Positions 21,801-36,379 of a stretch of 64,000 bases of DNA are shown here, piece after piece. The stretch is from assembly GCA_013265495.1 (NCBI GenBank), contig MU058387.1, positions 372,001-436,000 of the forward strand. Reading direction: 5' to 3'. The notes beneath the pieces were generated by a model. It did no database searches. It was not told the DNA's origin and saw only the letters and a list, made by a program, of their open reading frames with translations. Each line of letters starts with the position of its first letter. The first letter of the stretch is position 1. The DNA comes from Vicugna vicugna. Lineage: Eukaryota. The position numbers were made by a program, and so were the translations under genes.

Positions 21801-24639
21801 ATTACTAATGTTATCAAAATGTTAATATTCTAACAAGGCTGAGCTAACTTAAACATTATAAATCCTATCATTTGTGTTTCATATTATTGTTTATTTAACA
21901 CAAGGAGATGATAGAATTTTATCTTTTCCAAAGATGTTACATACATTTATTTAATAATGTGTAATGCTCAGTAATTTTATGGTACAGAAAGGCCAGATCC
22001 ATAAAAGACATGGTATTGTCCAAAGAGAACAACATTGAACCTTTATTAGAGTGTGAAATATTTAAAAGCAATGAATCAAAGGTCTATTCTGTTTAGCCTA
22101 ACCATGCGTCGTTTTGGATGAAATTGAATTAAAATAAGATATGTCTTTTTTTCCTTAATGAATTTTATATAAATTTTCCATGGTTCAATACAAGTAGCAA
22201 TAAGACACCCAATGTTTATAAAATTATTAACAAATCTGAATCACTAAGAACATATAGTCATCCACTGTGTGCAGAAAGGTTAAGAACATCCAGCTTTAAG
22301 AACGACTTTTCAAAAATGTTATTTTCCTTCTTTATTATTAAAGGTGAAAAAAATGGAACTTAAAGTGGAAAAACCTGAATTTCCTTCTACTGACCGTATT
22401 TGTTATTATGGGCAAATAACTTAAGAAGACTGAGAATCAATTTTATCAACTAAAATGCCAGCGATTGTCATCTCATGTGACTGATGTAAAAATCATATGA
22501 GGTAACATATAACATGCAAAGTCATTCACACAAAAGAAAAATACTTTTGATTGATTGTGTGTGTGTTATGGTGGCAGGCCCTGAGTTTTTCAAATTACGT
22601 ATGTGTAATCTTAGCTTCACAATATTTCCTCCCCAAATACAAGGGAAAGAGTACATCTAATATAGTTGGATTTATACTGCCTTAGATGTTTTTGTAATTT
22701 GTTCTTGCAAAGAAACTTGGTATTAATATCTCTGCAATAAGAATGTTAATACGTTTTGACTATCCACTCTGGGGAGAAAAATCTATGCTATCCTAATGAG
22801 CTATAATTGTAAGTAATCCCTTTGAATATTCTTAGAAAACTGCCTGTAATTACATGAAAGAGCATAGGGCGTCTTGGGGCTTTTTACCAGCTGTTTCCTG
22901 TCATCATGTCAGTCCTTGGAATTAAAAAATTTTAGATTCAAGTGGATTCGATCAGACAAGGATATAGTGAAACAAATGGAGACTTTGATAGACTTCTCCA
23001 GTGGCGACATGATGAATTTTATTCTTGCTACAAGAGCTCACCCAATTATATTCCAGACAAGCTGTGACAGGTGGACTCAACTTACTGTGCTACACGCTGA
23101 TGACATATTTGAAAGCACAATGTCTTCTCAAAATTGATTTTAACTTAAATACAAATTAGGAAAGATACAGTATTCTTCCACAAGTCATGAAAAATACATG
23201 GGTAGGTGAAACTCTTGACTTTGTAGTTTGAGGGAGAACCCTGAGTAATCTGAATTCCTCCGTGCTTTGAAAACGTGAGAGCAGCTCGGTGGGACTATGT
23301 AAGACAAAGAATTGGCCAAGATACATAATTGCAAAGACCTCTGACCACCATTTCCCACCCACCACCCCATGTGACTTTGCACACTCTTCCAGGCGACTGA
23401 AGTTACTAAAATGAATGTTTAGACCAAGACTAATTTCACCCCTTGCATCGTCTCAAGCCAACTTTTCAGTCCCACTTCTTGGAGGAGATTCTAGTGGAGA
23501 AAATACCTTATACCGTAGATCCCCTGGTACCAGTTCTGTTAACAGCCAAATACGGGCATTGCAGAGCATTAGAGAGACTTGTGTTCATTTTTTTTTCTAA
23601 CTGACTTTTAAGAAGAGAGTCTAAAGTTTTATTCAGTAGTTTTATTAGTTTTATTAGTTTATTAGTTTTATTCAGCTGCTCTGCAACAATGTGTTCGCAG
23701 TTCAACTGCAAAATGAATCGAATAAGGATTAAAATTAAAAATAAAGAACATAGATTGTCAATTTAATTCACAGCTTTGTATAGTGCAGCCAGCCCTTTAT
23801 CTCACTATAATGATGCATGTAACAGTAGATATTCATTAATTATGAAGAAGAATTAGGAATTAAACCAGAAGGCCACAGGAACTACCTTGGTATAATTATA
23901 CTGTAGAAGGATTTGAAAGTCAAGAAGATCAATACCTGTAGTTCATCCCCCATATAAATAATAATAAAAATTAAAATTACAGGTAAGCAAATATCTAATT
24001 CCGTTATTTGGTTAAGCCACATGTCCAGATCATATAACCTAAAAATATAAAATATATTTGGAAAACAAAAGTTCTTTGTAGGTTTCCTAAATCCACATTG
24101 AATAGAGCTTAGGGCTCTCCCAAAGGATATCACAGTGAAATGAGAATTTTTCTTTAGTCACTAGAAATTAAAAGCCTTGCAGAGTAAGCTGAGTGGCAAT
24201 AATTGTTGACAATATGACCATTTGAATGTAGGTCTCAATATTACGCTTAAAATGAAAGTATGTGACTGGCTTGCAACTATGCGTTACTTTGCTAGGAAGG
24301 CCAGTCCTTTGCCTGATGCATAGCTTGAGGTGAGTAAGCAAAAAACCTCCAGTTAGCTCCAACACCACTCAACTAGCCCTGCGGGATGGGGCCTAAAGGC
24401 TACTGCTCCGGACAGTTTGATGGGACTCTAGTTTATGCCATGGTGTTGGAGAGCTGACTACCCATCCCCATACAATGAGGCTGATGCAGTTCCACTAAAA
24501 CACTAACGGCTCCCTCCAACCCGACCTTCCTCTCTGGTCACCATGTGTCATTCCCTGCCTGGGACTGTGAGAAACCACACTGCTAACCTCCCCGCTACAG
24601 AAAGGGGTAGTCCACTTCTGTCTCAAATTAATCCTACAA

Positions 24640-25290
24640 ATGTAAGAAGATGACATTAAAACATTTACTCATGGCGGCTGCATGAAGCAGCCCGTACCCT
24701 CAGAGTTTACCAAGGGGAAAAAAAGGGCCAGTGTTTCCTGTGGGCAGAAGTAGGTCACATAACAGAGGATAAATGTGGGGTGAGCTTCAATCCTGTTCAT
24801 TGAGACGCCCCAGCAGGGCAAACAGGCACTAGTGGAGAGAAGTTGAAGATATCAGGAGATATCTGAGGGCTGTGGAAGTAAGAAGCAACGGGCCGTAATG
24901 GCGATGCCTTCACCTGGGTCAAGGGAGCATGAGAAGAAAGGCCCCCAGGGATGGGGTTCTCCAAAGAACCACAGCATAACTTGAACATCTGCCAAGCCCA
25001 CAGACCACAAACGCATGAGACAGTTTCAGTCACGTGAAAACTTCCTTCTCGTTCTATATGCCTACCCCGGGAAGGCAGAAACAGACTCCAACAAGCGAGG
25101 AGGAGGAGAGGATTCCAGCCCCCACCTCTGAAGCCGCTGGCCCTTTCCCTGGCACAGCCTAACTGGGCAGGGAGAAGAGTTGACTCCAGATCTTGGAGTT
25201 TGATATTTTATGGGCTGGACTTTTGGAATAAAGATTGCATTTAGTAACAGGAAAATTTTAATCCAGTGGCTCCAGAAGACAAAATAATTG
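24640..25290 (+). mobile_element. Possible ancient LTR (family uncertain)
   Basis: GC-richer block ending in ggacttttggaataaag; LTR-like character only. Confidence 0.25.
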
Positions 25291-25949
25291 ATTTATGATT
25301 ATAAAAACATCTTATGTTTTTAAATATTTGGTTGGTGCAAGTGTTTGTATTAAATTTGACCCATTCCGAGAGAATAGAAGGTGCTCTGAATCCACCTGGG
25401 GAATTTAAAAGATGTTTTTTTTTTGAGAACTTTTGGAAATGCTACAGCAGATTTAAAAATTTAAAGAATTTTATAAATTTCTTTACAAATTTAAAGAAAA
25501 AAAGATAAAATTTATGGATGTGAAATATTTGAACTCTCAAAAGTAAGAATTTGTTTTTAGTGTCTTTCCTGATGCTTGTAAAGTAGTATCTGTGTAAATA
25601 CACATTTGCAGAAAGGAAAGACAGAAAACAGAGAGAAAACAGAGACAGCTTTGGGATGATGACAGCTGGAAAGAATGACAGATGTGAGTCCTCCGAAAAC
25701 AATGGCATCAAAACTGTGACTGCAGTAACGAAAAACCGTGAAGAATACACAAAACCTAATTTTGTATCTGAAGATGTTGTGTGTTCTACCAGACAGAAAA
25801 AATGTTTAAATAAATAAATAAATGCAATTTACTCTTATGATCAAAGGTTTTTAGGACTCAATGTAAAGACATTTGACTCACTTAAAAGACAATTAAATAT
25901 GAAATTCAGTCAATCAACTGAGATGAGAGTTGCAGAACTGAAACGTGGC

Positions 25950-26128
25950 CAAAGGCATCACAAAGCCTACAGCCCACGCACCACACAAGTCTCCATGCTT
26001 AGGAGGACCCTGCACTTTTTGGAAGTTCTACTCTCTCCCTCTTGGTCTTGAAATTCTTAATACATTTTGAAAAAGAGTCCTGCGTTTTAATTTTGCCCCG
26101 AGCCCTACAGATTTCGTAACCAGTCCTG
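25950..26128 (+). mobile_element. MER45A-like hAT-Tip100 DNA transposon
   Basis: gtcttgaaattcttaata..ttttgaa..cctgcgttttaattttgccccgagccctacagatttcgtaaccagtcctg. Confidence 0.7.
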
Positions 26129-26470
26129 GTGGTAAACTGTGCAGCTTTAAGGACAATGCTATTGATAATATATAAGGTAGGAAGATCCACATCATTGACT
26201 TGCAGCAAGGCCAGTGGGCTCCATCAGTGTTGCTAGCAAGAAGTCAGGAAGCATCCGGATGGTATCTCTGCTATCATGGAGTTCGTCTGGACAGGTATCC
26301 CCCAAAACACTTCACAATGACATAATAATTTCCTTAGTAGTAAGTACCTTTTAAACATGGGAATTTAGAATTAAATATATAAATCAAGATGATCAAAGAA
26401 TTTAAAGAATTTGGACATTTGATAATTTAAATATGTATAATATTCAAGAGAATTTAGCCCCTGGGACTTA

Positions 26471-26630
26471 AAGGACTATTGTACAGCATAGGGAATATAG
26501 CCAATATTTTATAATAACTATAAAATGGAATATAACCTTTAAAAACTGTGACTTACTATGTTGTACACCTGAAACATATAATATTGTAAATCAACTAATC
26601 AACTATACCTCAATTAAAAAAAAATAAAGT
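26471..26630 (+). mobile_element. L1 3' end
   Basis: tgtacagcatagggaatatagccaatatttt..ctatgttgtacacctgaaac..aatcaactatacctcaattaaaaaa. Confidence 0.85.
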
Positions 26631-26840
26631 CTTTTTAACAAGAAAAAAGAAGAACAGACTTGGGATTACAATTTGAAAATTTGTAACTGAAAAATTAATT
26701 TATGCTTTAATTATTATGCTAATTTCATATGCATTACTGAAACATTTAAAAAGATCTAAGACTCACCATATCCACAGATTAATTGGGTTTAGAGTCCTTC
26801 AAAATAACTATTACTATCTGGTAGATTTAGAAATAAAATA

Positions 26841-27055
26841 CTAAACAGGTTTCTACTGTATGGCACAGGGAACTATATTCAATATCTAGATGTAACTTAT
26901 AATGAAAAAGAACATGAGAAGGAATATATATATATATATATATATGTATATGTATATGTATATGGATGACTGTAACATTATGCTGTACACCAGATATTGA
27001 TGCAACATTGTAAACTGACTATGCTTCAATAAAAAATTTAATTAAATTAAAAGAA
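26841..27055 (+). mobile_element. Camelid-type L1 3' end with internal (TA)n
   Basis: ctactgtatggcacagggaactatattcaatatc..atgctgtacaccaga..acattgtaaactgactatgcttcaataaaa. Confidence 0.85.
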
Positions 27056-27986
27056 GAATATTAATGGAATTAGCTAATTATCCCAGCTCTGTTTATACTT
27101 AACATTTCCATATCATAGTACTCTCAACAAACTTTTGAAACTTTAACATGACTCTTGATCAGTGGTGACAGCATCTAAATTTTGCACAGAATTTTAGGCA
27201 TAAATTATATACTATGGTAATTTGGGAGATGATTTGTGAATCTTGACCCAAAGCTCTTTGTAAGGAAGTCTCTGTTAATTATCCACATTACTAACTCTGC
27301 TATGATACAAGGTATAAACATCTATCACCAACAGAAAAAATAATAAGTAATAGTTTGTATAGCCAAGTTTTTTTTAAATAAAAAAGTTAAGCTCTTTAAA
27401 AATTGAAATATAATACAAAAAAATTTAAAAAGCCATAATTTTAGAAAACTGTTTAGCTTTATTCTCACATGCCTATTTGAAAAACCAAGTAAGCCTCTGA
27501 AAAATATTTTCTTGATACAAAAGAAATTTTGAGAGTTGTACAATAAAAACTCATCTCACTAAATCCCTGGGACTTGGAGTAATTGTGTCCATTCATTCAT
27601 TCACTCTTTCATTTAACAAATATTCACTCAGCGGTGTGCAAGTTATACAATGGTGAGAATATAGAACTGATCACACCCTGATGTCAATTAAGTACTGGTT
27701 TGGAAAGTTAAAAGTTATCATGAACTAGGCTTGTGGGTAAAATGAGCCTATGTCCCTGATTTCTGGGGATAGCCAGAATGACTAGTAGGGCAAACATTTT
27801 CATGTTGAGCAGAGCGGAACCTTCATCCTAATTTATGCCTGTTGTTCTAGCATACTTACTAATAATTCCATTTTTATACTCAAACTTTGCATGATATAGC
27901 ACGTGACTTTACCCTTCTGTAAATGACTTTAAGCCTCTAACCTAACAAAGCGACAGCAGCACGTGCATACTTCTAATCTAGGGTAG

Positions 27987-28199
27987 CCCTGTCCACTACA
28001 GGTAACGTGGCCCACAAATGTAACTTAAAATTTTTTAGTAGCTACATTAAAAAGAGCAAAAAGAAGTAGGTAAATTGTAATAACATGTTTTAGTAAGCTC
28101 AATATATCCAAAGTCCTATCTTTTAAATGTTTGACAATGACCTCCTTTCAGTCCTCAGTATACACATGTGGCTAGTGGCTACCACACTGGAGAGCACAG
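27987..28199 (+). mobile_element. MER33-like hAT-Charlie DNA transposon, internally deleted
   Basis: ctgtcca..aaattttttagtagctacattaaaaa..caatatatccaaa..cacatgtggctagtggctaccacactggagagcacag. Confidence 0.75.
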
Positions 28200-31100
28200 A
28201 TCTAAGCCTTTGCTTCCTCTGCCATGGCTTTAACTTGTACACTAGTAGCTTCGCCGCACAAAAGTACTTTTGCAGTGGGTAGAACTGTAAATCTGCCCTT
28301 ATCAGTTGCCTTCAACAGGTAGAAAACCTGTTCTATAAGGCTTTCTGTGGCCAAAAGAGTTCAATGTGCTTCCATTGGCTCTTTCTCCACGAGACCCTAC
28401 TGTACACAAGAGTTCCTAACGTAGTGTTCTTTGTGAGGCGAGCGTCCATGTTGCTCAACAGGAGATATAAATTTCATGGTAATCAAGGAGATGAGGCCGT
28501 GTGGGGCTGCTAAACTAGCTGAGAGAGATTCACAAACCAAGAGGGAAGGTCGGCCATGGATTCTCTCACCGTGTTGACTTCCTCAGTGAACAGTGCTCAT
28601 TATAGCATGCTGTTTAGAAATCAATCCATCATTGTAGGTATAGGAACGCCTAGGTGTAAGCTGCATACAATTATGTGTAATTTTGTTTCTGTTCTCTAGT
28701 GCCTGAGAATGTTGCTAAACAAAGCGTTGCAGAATCATCCAACATAACAGGAACTACAGGCTCCCAAGTGGATTCAGAAGAAAGGAATCAGGATAACCTA
28801 ATTCAGTCTCTCTCCTGATGTCCTGACCTGAATGTGTGAAATCCTGGGAAGCAAGAAGCACATCCCAACATCTCTGGCTTCTCTCCTTCCCACCTCCCAA
28901 AAAAACAAACAAAAAAAAACTACAAAGGACTGTCTAATATTTGGGAGGGCACACTGTGTATGCATGCCAACACTTCAGTCCCATGATCTAAGTATCCTGG
29001 AGTTAACCCTCAGTGGGTTCATTTCCACTTTTCACTTCAAAAGAGACAATGTAGTACAGTCATTGCTCTTTAAATAACTTCATGGTAGAAATCTATGAGT
29101 ACAGCTTAGAGGAAACCAGCTCACACCAAATCTCTTGTTGGATCCTAAAAACGTTGAGAAAATTTGCATCGTATCATATATGTGTTGATGTTAGTGGACA
29201 GTGTATTTCCTCAAACTGTCTGAGGAAAATAAAGTTTTATGCACAAAATTTCTTTCAGGACAAAGAACTCCTAGGTTTTTCTGTGTGTCTGCTATTACTC
29301 CTCGATACCCTTCTGCCTTCAGACACACATTCCTTTATTTAACAAGCGGTCATGGTCGTCTTATCACATGCCAAGCCTGTGCCATGTACAGAGAAAACTG
29401 TTTATAAGAAATATAGCTGATGTTTTTCTTTGTAAAGTCTGCACACAAGTTTATCCAGAGAACTGCTGGTTAAATAACATTCCACCAAAAAGATGGACCA
29501 TAAATGCCTGTTGAATCAATGAGGAAAACATGGTGAAAAAAAATACAAGTTCGTATATAGAAGAAGTGTAGAGATCTGTCATTTTAACCACTGTTTCTGG
29601 AATGTCATCCCAATAATGAAGTGGTGACCTCAATCGGTGACATCGGTGTTGGTGCAGTGAGTCCAAGGTAAATCAGGATGATCCAAGAGTTGACGCACAT
29701 TCAGGGAGTAACTCTCATGTTTGCTGAGAACATCGAAAGGGGCCTCTAGAGTGACTTTTGTCCATCCGTGGGGAGCTCAGGGGGTGAACAGTCTCACCCC
29801 AGAAAATAAGATGAATGAAACAGAACAAAATGTTTAGGAAGATTGATATGAAAAAATTCTGGGACTAGCACCAGCCTTGATGTCTGTAGCTAAAAATGAG
29901 GAGGGCTATGTCACTTGGGTGGATTTCAAGATGGATTTCTGATTCTACAGCTGAGCCACTGTCCTACATCAAACATAAACATCTTCTTTGCATATTGGGA
30001 CTCTGAATAAGATTTCATTTGCAAAAACAGACATTTTTACAACTTAAAAAAAATGGAAATTGGCAAGCCTAGATGATTTCTTCGTTTTCATCATATTTTT
30101 AAGTCTGCATTTCTAATGATGAAAAAAGAAGCAGAATCTTTTGACCAATCTTTTGTTGAACTCATAATTATATGAAAAAAATGCCTTTTTTCTTAATGTA
30201 TAATTAATGAGAGGAAATTATAGTCCCTCAATAGTTTAATTTAAATCATTGTGTGAACTATTTCAAATGAATAAAAACACCCGTTAGCACAGCCTTAAGT
30301 GTTGAAAGCAGTTAGCTCTATAAAGATAGGTAGTCATTAAGCAAACATTTAGCCTGTCTAAGCTGGAGTCCCTCCAGAATGAGGTGTGACTTTCTCCTTA
30401 AGTCAAACTTAATTATTTAATGGGGCAATTTAAAATAGTGGATGTTTTATATTACGACTTATGAGGTATGAAGTTACATTACCGAGCAGCTACGTGTCTT
30501 TCAAGGCTTCTTTGTGTCCATAAAAGGTAATGAGATTTTCTTGTAATTTCTCTAGCCAAAGCTGTGGAAGAAAACTTAACTCAGCCTTCAGAAAACGAAG
30601 GCATTTCTTTTGAATAGTGTGAAATTTTTATCGGTTTATCTGTCACTTTTATCTTTAGGCAGCAAAAATCTCATAATTAAAAAAAAATGTTAATTAAACT
30701 ACGGAAAATAAATGAGCTGTATCTTTCTGAGATGACAAGTTGAATGACAAATTTACTTCGAAGTTGAACAAAACACCAAACACTGATAAAATTTAAAACA
30801 CGCTTTTACAAAGATATTGTTTCCAATGTTTCATAAGATTTTTAAACACACGATAAATATTGACTGATTTCTCATTATAAATATAGGAGCTTATTCTTTC
30901 AGACAAAAAGAAAAGCAAGCAAATATTTATCTGAAACACAATGGGCAGGAGAAGGAAGAATTGAGACTTTTCTCCAGTCTTTACTCATTGTGCTCTGCCT
31001 CTAGCTTGTATTTTGAATTCTAAGCCGTGCTTCCTTGGTGAAATGGAGTGACCATTTTGGGTCAGAATCATGGCTAATTGATGTTCTTCATCAGATGGTT

Positions 31101-31411
31101 GTTACAACAGATTCTTCTGATAATCCAACTAATAGGACTTGGATCCTCATCTCACTGCAAGTCTTTCTTTTCCACCATGAATACTTTTAAATGTAGCAAA
31201 AACAAACCCAAACTACAATGAGGCATCACCTCACACGGGTCAGGACAGGCAACAGTGACACTAGTGAGACTGTGCTACCAACCTGCCCCGAGGTAACTTA
31301 TCCAGGGTTGGAGATGCCTAATGACCTTGGATGGTCACTTTTCTGCCCTGAGAAGTTGGAATTTGATCAGAAGGACAGAGAGCCTGAAAATGTTAGACAA
31401 ATGTCATCTTA

Positions 31412-31531
31412 TTGGGGGAGGGGTAATTAAGTTTATTTACTTATTTATTCTTGAAGGAGGTAGTGAGGATTGAACCCAGGACCTCCTGTATACTAAGCAT
31501 GCACTCTACCACTTGAGCTATACCCTCCCCC
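31412..31531 (-). mobile_element. Vic-1-type camelid SINE with TSD
   Basis: Reverse complement reads ggggagggtatagctcaagtggtagagtgcatgcttagta..gaggtcctgggttcaatcc; flanking repeat atgtcatctta at 31401-31411 and 31538-31548. Confidence 0.9.
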
Positions 31532-31863
31532 AGAACCATGTCATCTTAATTGCAGTTTTCTAGACAAAAATGCTCAGAAGCCCTGCGCTTGTGATCCCTG
31601 GAGGACTTCTGCCCTTCCCCATGGCTGCTTTCCGGCTCTGCCTTCCTGAGCGACACCCGTGTCCTCCCCCGAAAGCTCATGTTGCTTAAATTAGTCAAGT
31701 TCACAATAAAAGGAAACTTTACTAATACAAATTGCAAAGACAAAGACTCTGATGCGGGGACAAGCCAACCAGAGGGAAATTTTGTAAGACAATTAATATG
31801 TTAACAACACTGAAGAACTAACTAAGAGTCAAGATATCCAACTGCAAAGAACTTCAAGTTAAT

Positions 31864-32364
31864 TGTATTAGCCATGGTTCTTCGTAATATTTATGTGTGT
31901 GCCTGTGTCTGTGTGTATATAAATACTTATTGTAATTTATATATAATAGATTTATATACAATTTATTATATATTCATATAATATAATTTAATTTATGTTT
32001 ATAGTAATATCAGTTTCATTTATAAATATAAATATAGCTATAAAATATTTTACTTACAAACAAAGATGTTTACATATTTAAATATTATAAATATATATAA
32101 TATATTACATACAAAGAGATGTTTTATTGTAAGGAATTGGCTTACCTAGTTATGGAAGCTGAGAAGTCCCAATCTCTGCAGTCAGCAAGCTGGAAACCCA
32201 GGAGACTCAATGGTGTAGTTCCAGTCCAAGCCCTATTCTCAGGCAATGGAAGACAGATATTCCAGCTCACACACTGCCAGCAGAGAGAGAATTCTTTCCT
32301 GCTCAGCCAGATATCTGGTCACTCTGTGGCCCCATCACGTTGACACATAACATTAACCATCACA
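31864..32364 (-). mobile_element. MLT2-type ERVL LTR with expanded AT-rich tract
   Basis: taaggaattggct..tatggaagctgagaagtccc..gcaagctggaaacccagg..ttgacacataacattaaccatcaca. Confidence 0.8.
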
Positions 32365-32789
32365 TTGATACTGTTGACCATCTTGCTAGAAATGCTTGAA
32401 AATGAATCTGAGGCTCAGAAGGTGTTGGTCTAAAGACATCCAAAGCTGAATTTAAAGATTCTATGACTCTATCTAGAGTGGTCTAGTTAAGGTTACTATG
32501 ATTTCAGAGGGAAAAAATATTCAAACTATTTGAAATTAAAGGGAAAGGGATGGAATTTACCATTAGGACAATAAAATAATAGCCGGATCTCACGCATTCA
32601 AATTTAGAAGTTCCGGCAGAGACCACAGGGTCAGCTCTCACCTCTGTTTTTCTGTCATAATTTTCTGCATTTCTACTCTATCCCAACTCTCTTTTCCACT
32701 GACACATCTTGCTGGGAGTGGGAGGCAGTATGGCTGGCCTGACCCAATATCTACATGACACGTCAGCCTAAAATTTCCATCATCCTACG

Positions 32790-33300
32790 ACAGCCACTGT
32801 GTGTATCCTCTTGAGTAACCTTTTAACTGATTTTCTTGATTTTATTCCTTGCCTCATATTCCATGTTCATTCAGAAACCATAGAGGTAGAAAAGCTGACC
32901 TTGCCTCCACCCCCTCTTACTGTTTCCTGGCTTAAAAATCTCATGGTTCCCTCTTTGGTTTAGAAAAAAATCCAAACTCTATACTAGGGTCAAAATGTGG
33001 TGCACATGTCTCTTTCTCATGTTTCAGGCTATGGTCCAAATCCTCCTCCAAAAACCTGCCCTGATCACAAAATCCAAAGTTGCTCCATCTCAGACTTTCT
33101 GCCACATCCTTAATTCACTTTAGTTTATAACTATCAAAATGCATCTCATTGATTTATTTCTTCACATTTATCATCTGTCTCCCTCTACTTGAATGTCAGC
33201 TTCCAGCAGACAGACATCTCATCTCCTGATCACCAGTGTATCCCAAAAAACCTAAAATGGTACCTGTACATAAGATTTTGAGAATGAGTTAATGAATGAA
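32790..33300 (+). mobile_element. L2 LINE 3' region
   Basis: aaaatccaaactc; tctgtctccctctacttgaatgtcagcttcc; ends aatgaatgaa. Confidence 0.7.
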
Positions 33301-33839
33301 ATTCCCAACATAAAGGTTGTGATTAATTCAATCCAGCTCAGGACCCTTGGTCAGATGTCAAACCAGTCTAATCATCCGTGGCCTTCAGGGCAGTGAATCA
33401 TGCTCTCAAGCTTTCAAAGTTTTAGGGTGAAGGGTTACAGAGGCAAGGTCCCTCTTTATTGGAACATTTGCCACCATGTGTGCAGTCCAACTTCTCTGTG
33501 GGATCATGAGATATGGGAGATCCTGTGTACTCTGCTACTTCTCTACAAGTAAGACTTTCCTTATAAAACACTTTTTAATTTGTACTTGTGGTTCTAATGG
33601 GTCATCAGTGGTGTCACTTTGTGTCACCCTTAGATCAGGACATTGGGATTATATAATGAATAAAGTATACATTTATAGAATTTACTACTAGTAATTATTA
33701 TATGATACCAGTTAGTCATGGTAAATTACTCCTTATAAAGTGAGAAAGGATGTTCTTTTAATCCACATGAATATTTTCTGCTTGGAGAAACAAGGGGCAG
33801 TAGAGTCCTGGGGTCAACCCAATGGTCTCCACAGCCACC

Positions 33840-34030
33840 AGGACATGAGTTCAAATCCCACTTCTGCCAGTTACAAGCTGAGTCACCCTGAAACTTCCCC
33901 ATCTCTGTGAGATTCTTTTCCTTATTTATAAGCCAGTGACAATAACAGTGCCTACCTCAAATGACTGGATAACTAGAAACTACTTCAAAGGGGGCCTGTG
34001 TAGAGTAAACATTCAATAAATTATTATCTG
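33840..34030 (+). mobile_element. MIR SINE
   Basis: gagttcaaatcccacttctgccagttacaagctg..aataacagtgcctacctca..attcaataaa. Confidence 0.7.
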
Positions 34031-34049
34031 TAAAGATTTAAGAGAGAGA

Positions 34050-34150
34050 GCCATTCATTCCTTCAAGAGTATTTATTGAACACCTACTGTGTGCTAGCTA
34101 ACATAAGTTCTGTGGATACATCTGAAATTAAGATATAGATCCATTGTTCT
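34050..34150 (-). mobile_element. L2 3' end fragment
   Basis: cattcattccttcaagagtatttattgaacacctactgtgtgc. Confidence 0.65.
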
Positions 34151-34748
34151 GAAAACAATGACGTTAAATAAAAATTAATTTGCAAAACCTGAAGACAGGA
34201 AAGGGAAGTTGAGGGGCTGCTCGATTTAGTAGAGGGTTGCTTTCCAGGAAAGAGATGGCAATATTAGAAAACCATGTTTCTCCTTCAGAGATTCAGCTTA
34301 AAGAAAATTACTAAATAACATAAAAAAGATTCCTGCCCAAAGAGATACAATAATGGAAGACATGAGAGTCCTATTGTACCACATTAATCAGTGGATGATA
34401 TTCATTAAGTGCCCACTGTATACAGAGCCATTGTTTAGACATTCAGCTGTTAAAGGCTGATCTCTGATCCTTGATGTTAAAAATGGTACATACTGCATTT
34501 GTCTGCTTGGCAGTCCTTATTTCTTTTAAGTAATTTCCCTTCTCTAGTCCATTAGTTCTGAAAAGTCACTCAAAGTCCAATCAGGGGACAAAAACCACCA
34601 TACAGTTATTTGAACAAGAAAAGTTTAAAATAAAGAATCATTACCTATAGCAGGGCATTGGAGTGGTGACAGGAGTTTAGCTGGTAAGAAGTAAAGAGAA
34701 CTGCAGAGGATTAGGAGTAGCATATTTAAGAAGAAGGACTGCCCCCCG

Positions 34749-35185
34749 TGTAGTAGGTTGAATGATCATGTACACGCAAAGCCTCAGAACGTGACCTTAC
34801 TTGGAAATAGGATCTTCGTGGATGCGATTAATTATATAGGATGAAGTCATATGGATTTGTGTGGGCCCTAAATCTAATGACTGGTGACTTTTTAAGAAGG
34901 CTTTGTGAAGATGTACGCAGGATAGGGTGCACCATGTGAAGACGGAGGCAGAGGTCCAAGTGATGTAGCTACGGGCCAAGGAACACCCAAGATTGCTGGC
35001 AATCACTGAAAGCTAGGAAAGAGGTATGGGATGGCTTCTTTCTCAAAGTCTCCAGAAAAGACCAATCATGCTAATACCTTGATTTCGGACTCCTGAGGTC
35101 CAAAACCTTGAAAGAATAAATTTCCATTGTTTTTAGGCATCAAGTGTATGGTGCTATGCTATGGCAGCACTGAAAAACCAATTCA
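34749..35185 (+). mobile_element. MLT1C-like LTR, inserted in an older LTR-like block (about 34560-35700)
   Basis: tgtagtaggttgaatg..gtgaccttacttggaaatagg..ccatgtgaagacggaggcagag..gaataaatttcc..atggcagcac. Confidence 0.85.
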
Positions 35186-36379
35186 CCTAGAACTGAGAAG
35201 GAATGACCAAAGGAGAGCCCCTCCCCCACCCCAGGGCCGAGATCCAGACCTTGTAGGGGAGGTCAGAGCTGTGGGTCACTGGATGGCAGCGAAGTCATTG
35301 TGATGTCTCAGTGGTAGAACTCGCAGCAAATCTGCCTTCGGGGATATTGGAAAAAGGGAAAGCAATGCATAGGTGGTACCTTGCCAGAAGCATTCTGTTT
35401 CAAAACTTTCTAAGAGGATTGCTGGGAAATGTTACCAGCCACTGAGTGCTGCTGACTGCCGTGCATTGGAGGAACCAGGTGTTGGAGAAGTCATCTGTCC
35501 TGCAGGAGGTGGGCTCTGGAGAAGCTGCATGTGTTATGAGACCTGGCTGTTGGAAAAGCTGGGACCTGCAGGAGCCTACTGAGCTAGCACGCACAACAGA
35601 ACACGGAAGGAGAGTCCCTGCTTACGGTGATGTACTGCGGAGCTGAACATGGTGCCGGCTGCAACAGGAATATATTTAAAATCCTCCACTCCATTTTCAA
35701 AGAGCAGGTAATGAAGTGCAATGAATTTGGGTAAACTGATAACTGGCCTGGTTGTCAATCTTGTTTGTTTGTTGTGTTTATTTTTGGTTGGCTTTGTTTT
35801 TTTATTTGTTTATTTGTTTTTACCCATCCCTTCCTGAGCCACAGAAGTGAGCACTTGGAATCTGGAGAACCATGTGAAGTACAGACATTGAGAGAGAGAA
35901 ATTCCTTTTTCTCTCTATAGTGTTAAAACTAAAGGATGTGAATCTAGAACCGTTATAAACCATCTTACATGATATATAGAGAGAATCTACCAGCAAAAAT
36001 AACAGTACAAACACAAGGAGACTCTGGAAAAAACACAGAGGCTGTACCCTAATGTAACACAGGAGCCCCTGAATCCAGCCTTACCTAAAGCTAATTTACT
36101 CCCCTAATTTCTACACAGTCCCACTCTTCCAGTGTTGGAGTTGAGTTTCTAAAACTTTAAGCAGAATTATCCTAACTACCAGATAGCTACCTATAGCTGT
36201 TAGCTAGGCAGCAGTAGGGAAGGGCTGGGGTTAAATTAAAGTGTGCTTGGCTTTGCAGAAACTATTAAAAAGCAGAAAGTTCCAAACACCATGTTCCAAA
36301 GGGGTTACAGTGCATTCTAGTCAACAAGATACCACAACATGAACAACCACGCACCTACTTGCTTGCAGTTTTTGGCAAT

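Noticed and set aside
22874..23137. 87-aa ORF in unique sequence
   Set aside because: Non-ATG start, no convincing flanking splice sites and no recognisable homology.
23626..23675. Short tandem (gttttatta)n repeat
   Set aside because: Simple slippage repeat without spacers; not CRISPR-like.
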